Below, piece by piece: positions 27,398 through 37,090 of a stretch of DNA of 64,000 nucleotides (position 1 is its first letter; each line of letters starts with the position of its first letter). This stretch comes from a plasmid. A program made the position numbers and the translations under genes. A model generated the notes under the pieces. It saw only the letters and a list, made by a program, of their open reading frames with translations. It searched no databases and had not been told where the DNA came from. Where the stretch lies: the sequence record LC546831.1; one strand, 5' to 3'.

Positions 27398-28225
27398 ATG
27401 CGTCTGACTTCCCGTTTCGGCCGTTATAACGCCATCCGTAAAGACCGCCCGTTAACCAACGACGAATTAATGAACGTGGTGCCGAGCGTGTTTTCTGAAG
27501 ATAAACACGATTCGCGCAGTGACCGTTATACCTACATCCCCACCATTACGCTGCTGGATAAATTACGTGAGGAAGGTTTTCAGCCGTTTTATGCCTGCCA
27601 GACACGCGTTCGGGATGAAAGCAAACGCGGCCATACCAAACACATGCTGCGGCTGCGCCGGGAAAATATGATTGCCTCCGGCAATAAGGAAGTGCCCGAA
27701 ATCGTATTGTTGAACAGCCACGACGGGAGCAGCAGTTACCAAATGATCCCCGGCATGTTCCGCTATGTCTGCGCCAACGGCATGGTATTTGGTCAATCGT
27801 TCGGTGATGTCAGAGTGCCGCATAAAGGCGACGTAGTCGGGCAGGTGATTGAGGGGGCTTATGAAGTGCTAGGTATATTTGACCGCGTCGATAATGATCT
27901 CGATACCATGAAATGCATTTCACTGACCGAGCGCGACCAGGAATTGTTTGCGCGGGCGGCGTTAAGTTATCGCTACGAGTATGAAGATAAATCCCCAATC
28001 AAGCCGTCCCAGGTTTTGCGTCCGCGTCGGCGTGAAGATTACGGCAATGATTTATGGACGACATTCCAGCGCGTTCAGGAAAACATGATTAAAGGCGGAT
28101 TACCCGGTAAAAGCGCTACCGGGAAAAATACCCGGACTCGGGCGGTCAACGGTATCGATGGCGATATAAAACTGAACCGTGCGTTATGGTTGATTGCGGA
28201 TGAATTCAAAAACCGAATGAAATAA
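27398..28225 (+). CDS. DUF932-family protein (F leading-region orf273-like)
   Basis: MRLTSRFGRYNAIRKDRPLTNDELMNVVPSVFSEDKHDSRSDRYTYIPT...FQPFYACQTRVRD...HTKHMLRLRR matches the DUF932 consensus as I recall it. Confidence 0.7.
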   Translation: MRLTSRFGRYNAIRKDRPLTNDELMNVVPSVFSEDKHDSRSDRYTYIPTITLLDKLREEGFQPFYACQTRVRDESKRGHTKHMLRLRRENMIASGNKEVPEIVLLNSHDGSSSYQMIPGMFRYVCANGMVFGQSFGDVRVPHKGDVVGQVIEGAYEVLGIFDRVDNDLDTMKCISLTERDQELFARAALSYRYEYEDKSPIKPSQVLRPRRREDYGNDLWTTFQRVQENMIKGGLPGKSATGKNTRTRAVNGIDGDIKLNRALWLIADEFKNRMK

Positions 28226-28326
28226 CAGAGTGCCCCGGTAATGACGCCCATCAATACCGGGGCCGAACACTGCTACAGAACGTACAGTTAACACAGCGCG
28301 GACAGTATGAAATAACGAGGTGAAAG

Positions 28327-28623
28327 ATGCAAACGGAAAATTTACGGGTATGCAGTACGGCGCATTTTACATCGGAAGATAACGAGCTGTTAGCGACAAT
28401 GGCAGGGCAGGCGGCTTTTAGTTCCTGGGTGGTTAACATCCAGTACGGTTATATTCTGGTGCTGACGGATTATCGCTGGCGGCTGCGGGTATTAAAGTCA
28501 CAAGGAGCGTCAAAGGCGCTGAGGTGGTTTTTAATTCATCAGATAAAATATCACCGTATAGGCTACATCCATTTTGATTGTGATGCGCCCATTCTCCCCG
28601 GTCACGAAGTTTTTGAATGGTAG
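28327..28623 (+). CDS. Hypothetical protein (98 aa)
   Basis: ORF with RBS GAGGTGAAAG. Confidence 0.4.
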   Translation: MQTENLRVCSTAHFTSEDNELLATMAGQAAFSSWVVNIQYGYILVLTDYRWRLRVLKSQGASKALRWFLIHQIKYHRIGYIHFDCDAPILPGHEVFEW

Positions 28624-28908
28624 CGCGCTGATAAGAGCCGTCCCCATCGAGGGGGCGTCTCTTATTCTCCCCGCCCGCCCAGCGGGAAATAAATTTCCCG
28701 CTCCCGCTGCCCCAAAGGGGCGCCCAGGTTAGCACCAAAAAACGGTAACGTTTTTTGGTGGTGTCCGTTAACTCTGCGATCCGCTTACCCACATCTACAC
28801 AATCGACGTTATTTCACCTTCACCCGGTGAAATAACCGCTCCCGTTCGTTTCCCATTAAGGTGATGGGAAACTTCACTGGCTTTGTCTTATGTGCATATG
28901 TGGATAAA

Positions 28909-29379
28909 CTACGGGTTCTGGACGAGGAGGGGTTGCTGCTTGCTGGCTTTTATCGCCCGGTAGGTCTTTTCGATTTTGCTTGCATACTTATAACGTCGTT
29001 GCGCCTGCTTAGGCGAATCTTTAAATCCTGCATTATAAGCACCTACTGCCTGCCAGGTCGCTCCCCACTTCTTAAAGGCAATCGCGAGATAATAAGCACC
29101 GGTGTAGATGTTCATGCACGGATCTTGCTTCAGGTGCCGTTCTGAAACCCCTATCGATGAGAGCGAGTTAAAGTGCTGGGAGTCAATTTGCATTAACCCC
29201 ACGCCGTACCCTGTTGTAGGATTTGGACCGATAGCCACGGGATTAAACCGTGACTCGTTCCATGAAATAGCACGTAGCAGATCCGGGTCGATGTGATAAT
29301 CACGACCCGCCATGTCAAAACAATCAGCCATAGCGGCCGTTGAACTGAATAGCATTAACACTGCGATGAGGTTCTTCAT
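28909..29379 (-). CDS. Soluble lytic transglycosylase (F gene X/orf169-like, IagB/PilT family) with a signal peptide
   Basis: ESRFNP...GLMQIDSQH...AYNAG SLT-domain motifs. Adjacent to oriT as in F. Confidence 0.8.
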   Translation of the reverse strand: MKNLIAVLMLFSSTAAMADCFDMAGRDYHIDPDLLRAISWNESRFNPVAIGPNPTTGYGVGLMQIDSQHFNSLSSIGVSERHLKQDPCMNIYTGAYYLAIAFKKWGATWQAVGAYNAGFKDSPKQAQRRYKYASKIEKTYRAIKASKQQPLLVQNP

Positions 29380-29399
29380 GTTATCCTTAAAATCCCTAG

Positions 29400-29800
29400 C
29401 CCTGGTGAAAATCTAGCCTTTTCGGGATCTCGAGTCAACAAATTCGCGCTCTTTGGGTTAACAGCATCACACCCCACGCAAAAATTCTTTTTGCAGATAA
29501 TTCCATTATAAACAATGTGATAGCGTTATTTTTAAAGATATGGTTTGAGTTAATGAACTTTAAGTGAATCGCTTGTGATTTACTGGTGATTCGTATAAAA
29601 ATCATATTTGGATTCGCATGTGATTCATTCTATAAAATACAGTAAGTTATATGATAAATTGTGAAACAATTGCAGAAAGTGATTCGTCTATGAATTGTGT
29701 AATCACTTGTTAATATGGCTAAAAACTGATATATGAATCGTCAGTGAATCATTATTTGCGATTCGAGAATTCAAAATAACTTATCGTGATGGAGTGAAAA
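29400..29800. other. oriT: oriT region. F-type nic motif on the minus strand at about 29462..29484, with the nick between complements of 29468/29469. Upstream of it an array of GANTC-containing repeats (GTGATTCG / CGAATCAC) that look like TraM/TraY binding sites
   Basis: Minus strand reads TTTTTGCGTGGGGTGT|GATGCTG. F reads TTTGCGTGGGGTGT|GGTGCTTT. AT-rich. Sits between gene X and traM. Confidence 0.65.
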
Positions 29801-29809
29801 GTAACCTAA

Positions 29810-30190
29810 ATGGCTAAAGTTCAAATTTATCTTTCAGATGAAACTTATAAGGACATAGAGCAACAGCTTATCACACATCGAGGAGAAAAGGGGCGTCAGG
29901 AGTCATTCTCTTCTTTTTCATCAATGTTGTTAGAACTTGGATTGAGAGTTTATAAAGCTCAACGAGAATCCGTTGCAGACCCATTTGATCAAACGTCATT
30001 TAATAAAACTCTATTAGAGAATGTGTTGCTCACCAGTTTTACTATGTCAAAACTTCTGGGTATTAACTCTCACAATACTGAAATACAAGGGTTGTCACAC
30101 TTTGTGATGAGAGACATGGTTAATGATATTAAAACGAAGACTTCTGATGAAATGTTAAAAATATTTACAGTGAAAGACGAATTTGAGTGA
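29810..30190 (+). CDS. traM: TraM (relaxosome accessory protein)
   Basis: MAKVQIYLSDETYKDIEQQL...SFSSMLLELGLRVYKAQ aligns with F TraM MAKVNLYISNDAYEKINAII...SATASMLLELGLRVHEAQ. Confidence 0.85.
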   Translation: MAKVQIYLSDETYKDIEQQLITHRGEKGRQESFSSFSSMLLELGLRVYKAQRESVADPFDQTSFNKTLLENVLLTSFTMSKLLGINSHNTEIQGLSHFVMRDMVNDIKTKTSDEMLKIFTVKDEFE

Positions 30191-30221
30191 TAACTAGGGG
30201 GGCGTCGCCCGACGCCTTCCC

Positions 30222-31967
30222 TTATAAAATCTCGTTTATTTTACTATTAATTTCTGATGTTCGTACCGGTTTAATAAGAACTGGCACACCATCAATTTCC
30301 TTTTCATTTGAGTAGGCAGTAATAAATATAAATGGTGTGTGCTTATTAGGTCCTTCCTCTCTTCTTATATATTTGAATAATTGGTCTCCGTTCATCATTG
30401 GCATTTGTAAATCCGATAAAATAACATCATAAGGCTTTCGCATTAACTTCTCTATTGCTCGATTTACTGATGATATTGACTCTCCACGATACCCACAGCT
30501 GTTTAGAGTGGATGTCATCACGGAACAAGTTAACTCATTATCATCAATAAACAATATATTTATACCTTTATGCATCGCTTCAATTGTGTTATCACTTAGA
30601 ACAATATCGCTAACATCAACATTTGATATTTCGACTGGGAGCTGAACTGTAAAGGTAGTCCCTATGCCTAGCTCACTGCTCAAGTGGATATTACCGTTCA
30701 TAGCTCGTATAACACCCTCAACTATAGCCAACCCCATGCCTGAACCAGGTATCCGAGATGTAGGGTTATCTATCCGTATGAATGGTTGGAAAATAGTTTT
30801 AAATTTCTCTTTAGGGATACCTATGCCAGTGTCAGATATCTGTATCGTAAGTGTGCTATTCTTATGTGATTTTGTTATTTGGCATGTAACCGTAATTAAC
30901 CCTGCTTCCGTATACTTGAATGCATTAGTTAGCAAGTTTTCAACTACTTGTGATATTCTTGCAGAGTCACTTTTTATAAATACGTTGGGGCACTCTACCA
31001 AACTTGCTTTTAGATTATCTGATTTGTATTTCGAGTTGCAATCTGAAACTATGTTGCTTATAAGTGCTGCTATATTAAAATCGGATTTGTTTATTTTTAC
31101 TGCGCCATTATCGATCTGAGCATACTCTGACAGATCACTCATTTGTCTCTCAATTTGAGTGGCAGCGTTTTCTAGTCTACGTATTACTAGTTCATCGACT
31201 TTCTTATCTTTCGTGTTCATTATTAATTCAATTGAACCCACGATAGCTTGTAATGATGTTCTTAGTTCATGGCCAAGTTTCCCAAGGAATGCATTTTTAT
31301 TATTGAATGATTTTTTCTCAGAATCTAACTGTTTATTAATAAGAATGATTTGCCTAAAAGATAGAGATACCATAATAAGCAATAAGAGATATAAGGTGAT
31401 AATCGGTATCTTTATTGAACTCCATTTGTTCAGGTAGTCCTCATGAAGGATAGTTCTTTGCCTAACTTCGGCATGATCTGATATAGCGATCAGGTTTTTG
31501 TTCTCAATACTTATATCTTCAATATCTTTCAGGATGATCTCGTAATTCGTATTTTGTGAATTTAGCTCTTGGTCAATTTCATTCAATATGCTGTTGATTT
31601 TCGAAATTGACTCCGCATACCCTTGCTCCTCGTATAGGTAACGAGTTGACATGCTCTTGTTTAGTAACACATTGGACCCAGAAAATAGTAAGTCCAGGTC
31701 TTGTTGTAAACCCTGCTTATCATCAATCTTTAGACGCAATTGCCTTTCTGTCCTGGCACCGAAAGCTGCAAGCCGAATTGAAAATTTTGCAATCGCCCAT
31801 GCGTAGTTTTCCTGTGGGCCAGCAGAGTTAATATTGTGCATTGATGAGAAATAGCGGTCATACATCCAGAAAAATGCCGAACTCAGTACGACCAAAACAA
31901 CAATGTATTGTGTTATGATACGTTTCAGTTTCATTTTGGATCTACCGTTATATGTTCTACTTGCCAT
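30222..31967 (-). CDS. Hybrid sensor histidine kinase (2 TM N-terminal sensor, HisKA, HATPase_c, C-terminal receiver)
   Basis: H-box LGKLGHELRTSLQAI. G-boxes ISDTGIGIP and GSGMGLAIV. Receiver ILFIDDNE...ILSDLQMPMMNG. Confidence 0.8.
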   Translation of the reverse strand: MASRTYNGRSKMKLKRIITQYIVVLVVLSSAFFWMYDRYFSSMHNINSAGPQENYAWAIAKFSIRLAAFGARTERQLRLKIDDKQGLQQDLDLLFSGSNVLLNKSMSTRYLYEEQGYAESISKINSILNEIDQELNSQNTNYEIILKDIEDISIENKNLIAISDHAEVRQRTILHEDYLNKWSSIKIPIITLYLLLLIMVSLSFRQIILINKQLDSEKKSFNNKNAFLGKLGHELRTSLQAIVGSIELIMNTKDKKVDELVIRRLENAATQIERQMSDLSEYAQIDNGAVKINKSDFNIAALISNIVSDCNSKYKSDNLKASLVECPNVFIKSDSARISQVVENLLTNAFKYTEAGLITVTCQITKSHKNSTLTIQISDTGIGIPKEKFKTIFQPFIRIDNPTSRIPGSGMGLAIVEGVIRAMNGNIHLSSELGIGTTFTVQLPVEISNVDVSDIVLSDNTIEAMHKGINILFIDDNELTCSVMTSTLNSCGYRGESISSVNRAIEKLMRKPYDVILSDLQMPMMNGDQLFKYIRREEGPNKHTPFIFITAYSNEKEIDGVPVLIKPVRTSEINSKINEIL

Positions 31968-32431
31968 ACAAATCGCGAGTAAAAAATAGGTTTGTTAAGC
32001 TCTTCATAATGTTCATCTAAAGGATATATTACGAAGTAGGGACCAAAGTCGCGCACTTTTAACGGGGTATCATTTCTTTTGCTTGCAAGGATAATGTTGT
32101 ACTTATCAACATCACTCATCGGAATGTCTACCCAATAGTCGTTTAAGGCATGGACTCGTACTATTTTTCCCGTTATGCCAACTTCTGTGAGTATGTCTTT
32201 GAAGCTTGTCCCGGTAAATTTTTCTTTCGGTGTCCAGGCAGTTGACGTCGTTATTGATGTCTTTGGTAGGGCATCCATCATAGCTTTCGTTAAAGTGACC
32301 GTGGTTTGTGTACTCCCATCAGTTACTCTCAGGTCACCTATCGGACGATCCTCTGCTTTCGTAATTATTGAGAAAAGACCAATAAACATAATTGCAGCAT
32401 ATTTTTTAAGCGTTTTCATAATAGCTCTCAA
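31931..32431 (-). CDS. Secreted/periplasmic protein of unknown function (signal peptide)
   Basis: N-terminal KKYAAIMFIGLFSIITKA signal. Operonic, overlaps neighbours. Confidence 0.5.
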   Translation of the reverse strand: MRAIMKTLKKYAAIMFIGLFSIITKAEDRPIGDLRVTDGSTQTTVTLTKAMMDALPKTSITTSTAWTPKEKFTGTSFKDILTEVGITGKIVRVHALNDYWVDIPMSDVDKYNIILASKRNDTPLKVRDFGPYFVIYPLDEHYEELNKPIFYSRFVWQVEHITVDPK

Positions 32432-33395
32432 ATTTCTTTTCTATGTATTGAATTAGTGACGGATTGTTGCTTTCATGCATCCCATTGACTTTTTCACTGC
32501 CAATATAAACGGAGGTGCAGTTATTATAGTATTTGCTACGTAACTCTGGCTGTATTGATGTGAAAATGCAAAATGTAGGAATGTTGTAGCCAGCAGCTAC
32601 ATGTAGAGCAGATGAATCGCAAGTGTATAGGTATGATGAGTTAGCAATCATTTCTATGTACTGTCTTGTACTTTTACACATGCTTGTTACATTAAAGTAT
32701 TTAGAATGATTCGATATTCCAAACCCGTATACTGGTAATCTAAATTTTTCATAAAGCATCGTGACAATTTTGTCATGATGCTTCTCAGGGATCGATCTGA
32801 GCTTAGTGCTGGCATACGGGCAGAATAATATATATTTGCTTTTTTTATTCTGAGGGATGGCTCGCTTTAACCAGGTGTTTCTCTTCCAGTCTTCATCTAT
32901 TGAGTTATAGTCTAACCCTATGGTTTTCATGAAAAAATCATGCATTTCTAGTTCATTGAAGTCCTTCCAATACACCTGATTACCAATATCTACATTGGTA
33001 TCATTTGGAGATATGTCCTGCAATGAAAATGGCATGTATTCTATTTTGCTTATGATTTCCTTAGCTTCATAGTATATGTCGTTTACATATTTTGCGCAGT
33101 TTTTTGGCCGAATTACCCGGATTCTAATCTGGTCATTAATTTTTTTTATTGCTTCTAATGCACTGATGCCTATGATTGAATCACCAAGCGTAACACCCAT
33201 TCCGTTTATTATCGTTAAGTCACGCGTCAATCTGTAGTCTATCGTGAAGTTTCTCAATGCACTGTTTAGTACCAAGCTACTGTTCAGCTTGGTCAGTTCA
33301 CGTTCAATGGGACTGTATATTAAATCGAATGCAGAGACTATATCTGTTGAATTCAATAATAAACTGCCATTGTTTTGTGAAATGTCAATGTTCAT
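32406..33395 (-). CDS. Glycosyltransferase family 9-like protein (heptosyltransferase fold)
   Basis: N-terminal GMGVTLGDSIIGISALEAIKK and C-terminal YTCDSSALHVAAGYNIPTFCIF resemble the GT9 blocks (ALGDV... / DSGLMHLAAALG.P.VALFG). Confidence 0.5.
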   Translation of the reverse strand: MNIDISQNNGSLLLNSTDIVSAFDLIYSPIERELTKLNSSLVLNSALRNFTIDYRLTRDLTIINGMGVTLGDSIIGISALEAIKKINDQIRIRVIRPKNCAKYVNDIYYEAKEIISKIEYMPFSLQDISPNDTNVDIGNQVYWKDFNELEMHDFFMKTIGLDYNSIDEDWKRNTWLKRAIPQNKKSKYILFCPYASTKLRSIPEKHHDKIVTMLYEKFRLPVYGFGISNHSKYFNVTSMCKSTRQYIEMIANSSYLYTCDSSALHVAAGYNIPTFCIFTSIQPELRSKYYNNCTSVYIGSEKVNGMHESNNPSLIQYIEKKFESYYENA

Positions 33396-34249
33396 GGTCT
33401 ACTTGAAAAGTATTTGTCTACTAGAGCTTGAATCGAGTTAATCCTTAGCGGTTTACTATATGGTCCAAGGACATCGAAATCATTAACGGCAGATGCAATT
33501 TCCCTATCTATATTTTCACCCACTTGGCCAGTGAGTATGATGATCATTGCATTTGGCTTTTCTGATTGTCGGATTTTTTGAACTAGATCGTAGACTGAAT
33601 GGTCTCTAACGACCCAGTCTAAAATGTAAGCGTCATATGGTTTTGTTACTGCAGATTTAAGCAAGCTATCAATATCGACGAAGATATCAATATGATACTC
33701 TTTTCCCTGCATTATCCCTCTAATGCTTTCAACTATCGCAACATCATCATCAAGGATAGCTATCCTGGGATGCTTTCTTGTGAGCACTGTAGAGTCGATG
33801 GATATCATGCTAACCCCACGCTTTGACTCCATGTAGAGCTGGTTCTCTTGAATTTCCTCTGTCTTAAAAACGTGCCATATGTCATTTATTTTTACTGCGG
33901 AATAGGTTCTGGGTTCGTCCTGCCCGACACCCAAAAGATATGCTTCGCACTCTATCTCTGCACTGTTGATGTCCAGAACGGCACTAACCTTATCAGCAAA
34001 GCCTGACTCGATAATCATGTAGAACTGACTCATCGTGAGACCTACTGAAACCACAACGCTTTGGAGTTGGGAGACTTCCCACTGAGCTTGCCCCTTTAGT
34101 TTTTTATGGGCTTGAGATGGGGATATTGATAGCACGCTTCTTACGTGGTCTACGTGCTTATGCTTTGCGATCCCCTGCATGTTAAGCATCAGCGAAACAA
34201 CATCCCCTATATTTGAACCACTTATGTATTTCTCGTTGGCTTCGCTCAT
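33392..34249 (-). CDS. Response-regulator-like protein with a C-terminal receiver domain and an N-terminal HTH-like region (atypical domain order)
   Basis: Receiver IAILDDD...AYILDWVVRD...IIILTGQ in residues 170-285. N-terminal VRSVLSISPSQAHKKLKG is HTH-like. Confidence 0.55.
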   Translation of the reverse strand: MSEANEKYISGSNIGDVVSLMLNMQGIAKHKHVDHVRSVLSISPSQAHKKLKGQAQWEVSQLQSVVVSVGLTMSQFYMIIESGFADKVSAVLDINSAEIECEAYLLGVGQDEPRTYSAVKINDIWHVFKTEEIQENQLYMESKRGVSMISIDSTVLTRKHPRIAILDDDVAIVESIRGIMQGKEYHIDIFVDIDSLLKSAVTKPYDAYILDWVVRDHSVYDLVQKIRQSEKPNAMIIILTGQVGENIDREIASAVNDFDVLGPYSKPLRINSIQALVDKYFSSRP

Positions 34250-34557
34250 TTTATGCTCTCTGAATTACATTCTTGTTCTTTTGGCAAGTCTAATAAAAGC
34301 GAAGAAAAAGGCAATAAAAACAAAAACTTTAGTGCAGTTTGCCTTCCAAAAAATGTCGTATTTGGATTGAAAATATATAAAGATTTCCTTAAACAACATA
34401 AAATATCTTTACATGTTGCTTCTCGATAGTGCATGATTGCGTCTAACGATAATCTTCTCTGCCATGATTGCGTCTGGGGAATCGATTCTTCGCTGGTGTT
34501 TGTAGGTTAGGTTGCTTTTGTTTGAACCAACAATATTAGCCATTAGGTTGATTTTTA

Positions 34558-34953
34558 ATGAAAAATCAAAAATCAAAATCAGAACATGAATATCCGGCGA
34601 TCCGCATAACCATAGATATATCGTCGGACACGAACAGAAAGCTCTCCTTATCCGCCAAACGGTCAGGTAGAGCTAAACGTCAGGAAGCGGGGATACGCCT
34701 ATCCGACCACTTGGATAGCTTCATTGATATCTCGACTGACGCAATACAGCTTTCTAAGCTTCAACTGGAACCTGACGCTGAATATCCAGCGATTAGTATA
34801 ACTGTCGATATATCGTCTGAAACAAACAGAAAACTCTCTTTATCGGCCAAGCGATGGGGTAGAGCGAAACGTCAAGAGGCGGTAATACGGTTAGATCATC
34901 ATTTAGATATCATTACAGATATTGCTACGGAGGGTAAAAGATTTCTGAGGTAA
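34558..34953 (+). CDS. traY: TraY (tandem ribbon-helix-helix oriT-binding protein)
   Basis: 131 aa with an internal tandem repeat EYPAIRITIDISSDTNRKLSLSAKRSGRAKRQEAGIRL / EYPAISITVDISSETNRKLSLSAKRWGRAKRQEAVIRL. Sits just upstream of traA. Confidence 0.75.
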   Translation: MKNQKSKSEHEYPAIRITIDISSDTNRKLSLSAKRSGRAKRQEAGIRLSDHLDSFIDISTDAIQLSKLQLEPDAEYPAISITVDISSETNRKLSLSAKRWGRAKRQEAVIRLDHHLDIITDIATEGKRFLR

Positions 34954-35052
34954 CAACGCCAACACCAGGGGAACTACTAATCATAATTTATTAACTTCGA
35001 TGCAATTGAAAGGAGGTGAATACACAAGAAAGTTCGTGAATATCAGTTCTAT

Positions 35053-35466
35053 ATGCAAAACACACGTTTTCTGAATGTTAATTTCAAAAGGATATATGCA
35101 ATGAATGCTTCATTAAGCGCTCAGGGTTCTGCTATTGCCCAACGCCAGGGAATCTCACTAAGCAAGATGTTCTCACGTCAACGAGTGGTGAATTTCCTCA
35201 AACTGGTTCTGCCTTTTGCTGTGCTGACCGCGTTGTTCCCGCAACTGGCCCTGGCAGCCGGGGCTTCCGGTGACTTGCTTAAAACGGGTGACGATACCGT
35301 TAAGCAGACAGCCGGCAGCGGCTCCACCATGTACAAGTGGATCATCCTCGGTGAGGTCGTGACCGGGCTGTGCCTCTATGTCTTCACGCACAGCTTCAAG
35401 TTCCTGTTCGGCTTCATCATCCTGTCCATCATCGGCAACGTCGGCATGAAGGTCGCCGGCTACTGA
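35053..35466 (+). CDS. traA: F-type propilin TraA
   Basis: C-terminal mature region AGASGDLLKTGDDTVKQT...KWIILGEVVTGLCLYVFTHSFKFLFGFIILSIIGNVGMKVAGY matches F pilin. Confidence 0.85.
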   Translation: MQNTRFLNVNFKRIYAMNASLSAQGSAIAQRQGISLSKMFSRQRVVNFLKLVLPFAVLTALFPQLALAAGASGDLLKTGDDTVKQTAGSGSTMYKWIILGEVVTGLCLYVFTHSFKFLFGFIILSIIGNVGMKVAGY

Positions 35467-35475
35467 GGAGGCATT

Positions 35476-35781
35476 ATGTCGGGAGACGATATCAATCTTT
35501 ACCGTTTCCCGAAAACACTGAACAACCAGGGCCGCTGGTTTGGTTTAACCCCTGACGAATTAATTCCCATTGTGCTTTCTGCCTGCTGGTTCTTTTGGCA
35601 GGGCAAACAGATTGCGGGAATTATCGTGGCGGCTCTGGTTTATCTGGCAATACGCAAGGTTAAAAAAGGGAAGGGCAGCGTCTGGTTGCGCGATTTGGCG
35701 TACTGGTATCTGCCCACCTTTATGTTGCGTGACCTTTATAAAAAAGTGCCGCCTTCGTGTTTTCGGCAATGGATTAAATAG
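35476..35781 (+). CDS. traL: TraL
   Basis: YRFPKTLNNQGRWFGLTPDELIP...WLRDLAYWYLPTFMLRDLYKKVPPSCFRQWIK aligns with F TraL. Confidence 0.9.
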   Translation: MSGDDINLYRFPKTLNNQGRWFGLTPDELIPIVLSACWFFWQGKQIAGIIVAALVYLAIRKVKKGKGSVWLRDLAYWYLPTFMLRDLYKKVPPSCFRQWIK

Positions 35782-35790
35782 GGTGAGGGA

Positions 35791-36357
35791 ATGAAACATT
35801 CAGCCAGACTTAATTCCAACAGGATTATCGCCCTGAGTTTCGTGTTACTCGGTGTGCTGTTATTCCTTAGCATTGTTTCTAACGTCATTCTCTCCGTAAC
35901 CAATTACAAACTGCAGGGTGATCGTCAGGTCGTCGCCGTACCCATGTTGTTCAAGGCGCCGTTTGCGATTTCAGAGAACAGTATGGACGCCGGCTATCTC
36001 GAGCAGATGGCGCTGAGCTTTGTCTCACTTCGTCTCAACGTCTCCCCTGAGACGGTTGATGCCTCGCATCAATTTCTGCTCACGATGGTCAAACCCGCCG
36101 CACAGAAGGAACTCAAGCTGACGATGGCCAAGGAGGCCAACCAAATCAAAAAGAATGACGTTAATGCGGCGTTCTTTAAAACCGGTGTTCGCGTCTATCC
36201 CGCAGAAGGCCGGGTCGATATCCGCGGTGAACTCAAAACCTGGTTCGGCGACAGCAAGCCGGACTCGGTGCTCAAGCATTACGCCCTCTATATCGACAGA
36301 ACTGACGGCGTGACCTGGCTGGCCAAATTTGTCGAGGTATCCGATGAAAACAAATAA
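35791..36357 (+). CDS. traE: TraE
   Basis: 188 aa. PMLFKAPFAISENSMDAGYLEQMALSF...VNAAFFKTGVRVYP...LKTWFGDSKP aligns with F TraE. Confidence 0.9.
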   Translation: MKHSARLNSNRIIALSFVLLGVLLFLSIVSNVILSVTNYKLQGDRQVVAVPMLFKAPFAISENSMDAGYLEQMALSFVSLRLNVSPETVDASHQFLLTMVKPAAQKELKLTMAKEANQIKKNDVNAAFFKTGVRVYPAEGRVDIRGELKTWFGDSKPDSVLKHYALYIDRTDGVTWLAKFVEVSDENK

Positions 36358-37090
36358 CCCCGTCCACGGATGGCTGATTGCCTGTGCGCTAACCGCTGCC
36401 GGCACTGCACAGGCCGGCACGGTGCTGGCGCCGGTCACCATTCCTTTGCAGAACGGCAGTCAGGCGGCCGTGGCGCTCAGCAACAGCGAACCCAACCTGT
36501 TCAACGTCCCCGGCGACAGTGTGCTGGCAGTATCCGGCGTTGACGAGAACCTGGTGCGGTATGAACCGACCGCCAACGGCGGGTTGGTGCTCAGTACGCT
36601 CAACAAAAAGCCTTTCACCTTCGTCATTGAAACCGAGCGCGGGATGAATTTCTCCATTCGCGCAGTCCCACGCGCCGGCAGTGGCCGCACGTTCCAGCTG
36701 GTCAGTGGTGATCGTGGCGTGTCCGAGCCGGCCCGGATCTGGGAACAGTCACAGCCGTATGAGTCGATGCTGGTCGACCTCAACCGGTCACTGATGGAAG
36801 GGCGGTTGCCGGTAGGTTATGGCCAGGTGCCTGTGACCGCCGAGCAGCTGGCAGCGCCTTACGGCCTGCGTGCCGAGGCTGCCCAGGTCTGGAAAGGCCA
36901 CAACCTCAAGGTGGTGCGCTTTACCGTCAGTAATCCCGGCACGTCCCCGCGCTGGGTGAACGAGCACGATTTCTGGACGGCGGGAGTGCGTGCGGTGATG
37001 TTCGACACGCCAACCCGCCAGATTGTTGCCGGCGGTCGTGCAGGTGTGTGGATCACCTTCTCCGGGGAGGCAGCCGATGGCCAACATTAA
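36329..37090 (+). CDS. traK: TraK (VirB9-like)
   Basis: Position, size and signal peptide. Confidence 0.8.
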   Translation: MSRYPMKTNNPVHGWLIACALTAAGTAQAGTVLAPVTIPLQNGSQAAVALSNSEPNLFNVPGDSVLAVSGVDENLVRYEPTANGGLVLSTLNKKPFTFVIETERGMNFSIRAVPRAGSGRTFQLVSGDRGVSEPARIWEQSQPYESMLVDLNRSLMEGRLPVGYGQVPVTAEQLAAPYGLRAEAAQVWKGHNLKVVRFTVSNPGTSPRWVNEHDFWTAGVRAVMFDTPTRQIVAGGRAGVWITFSGEAADGQH

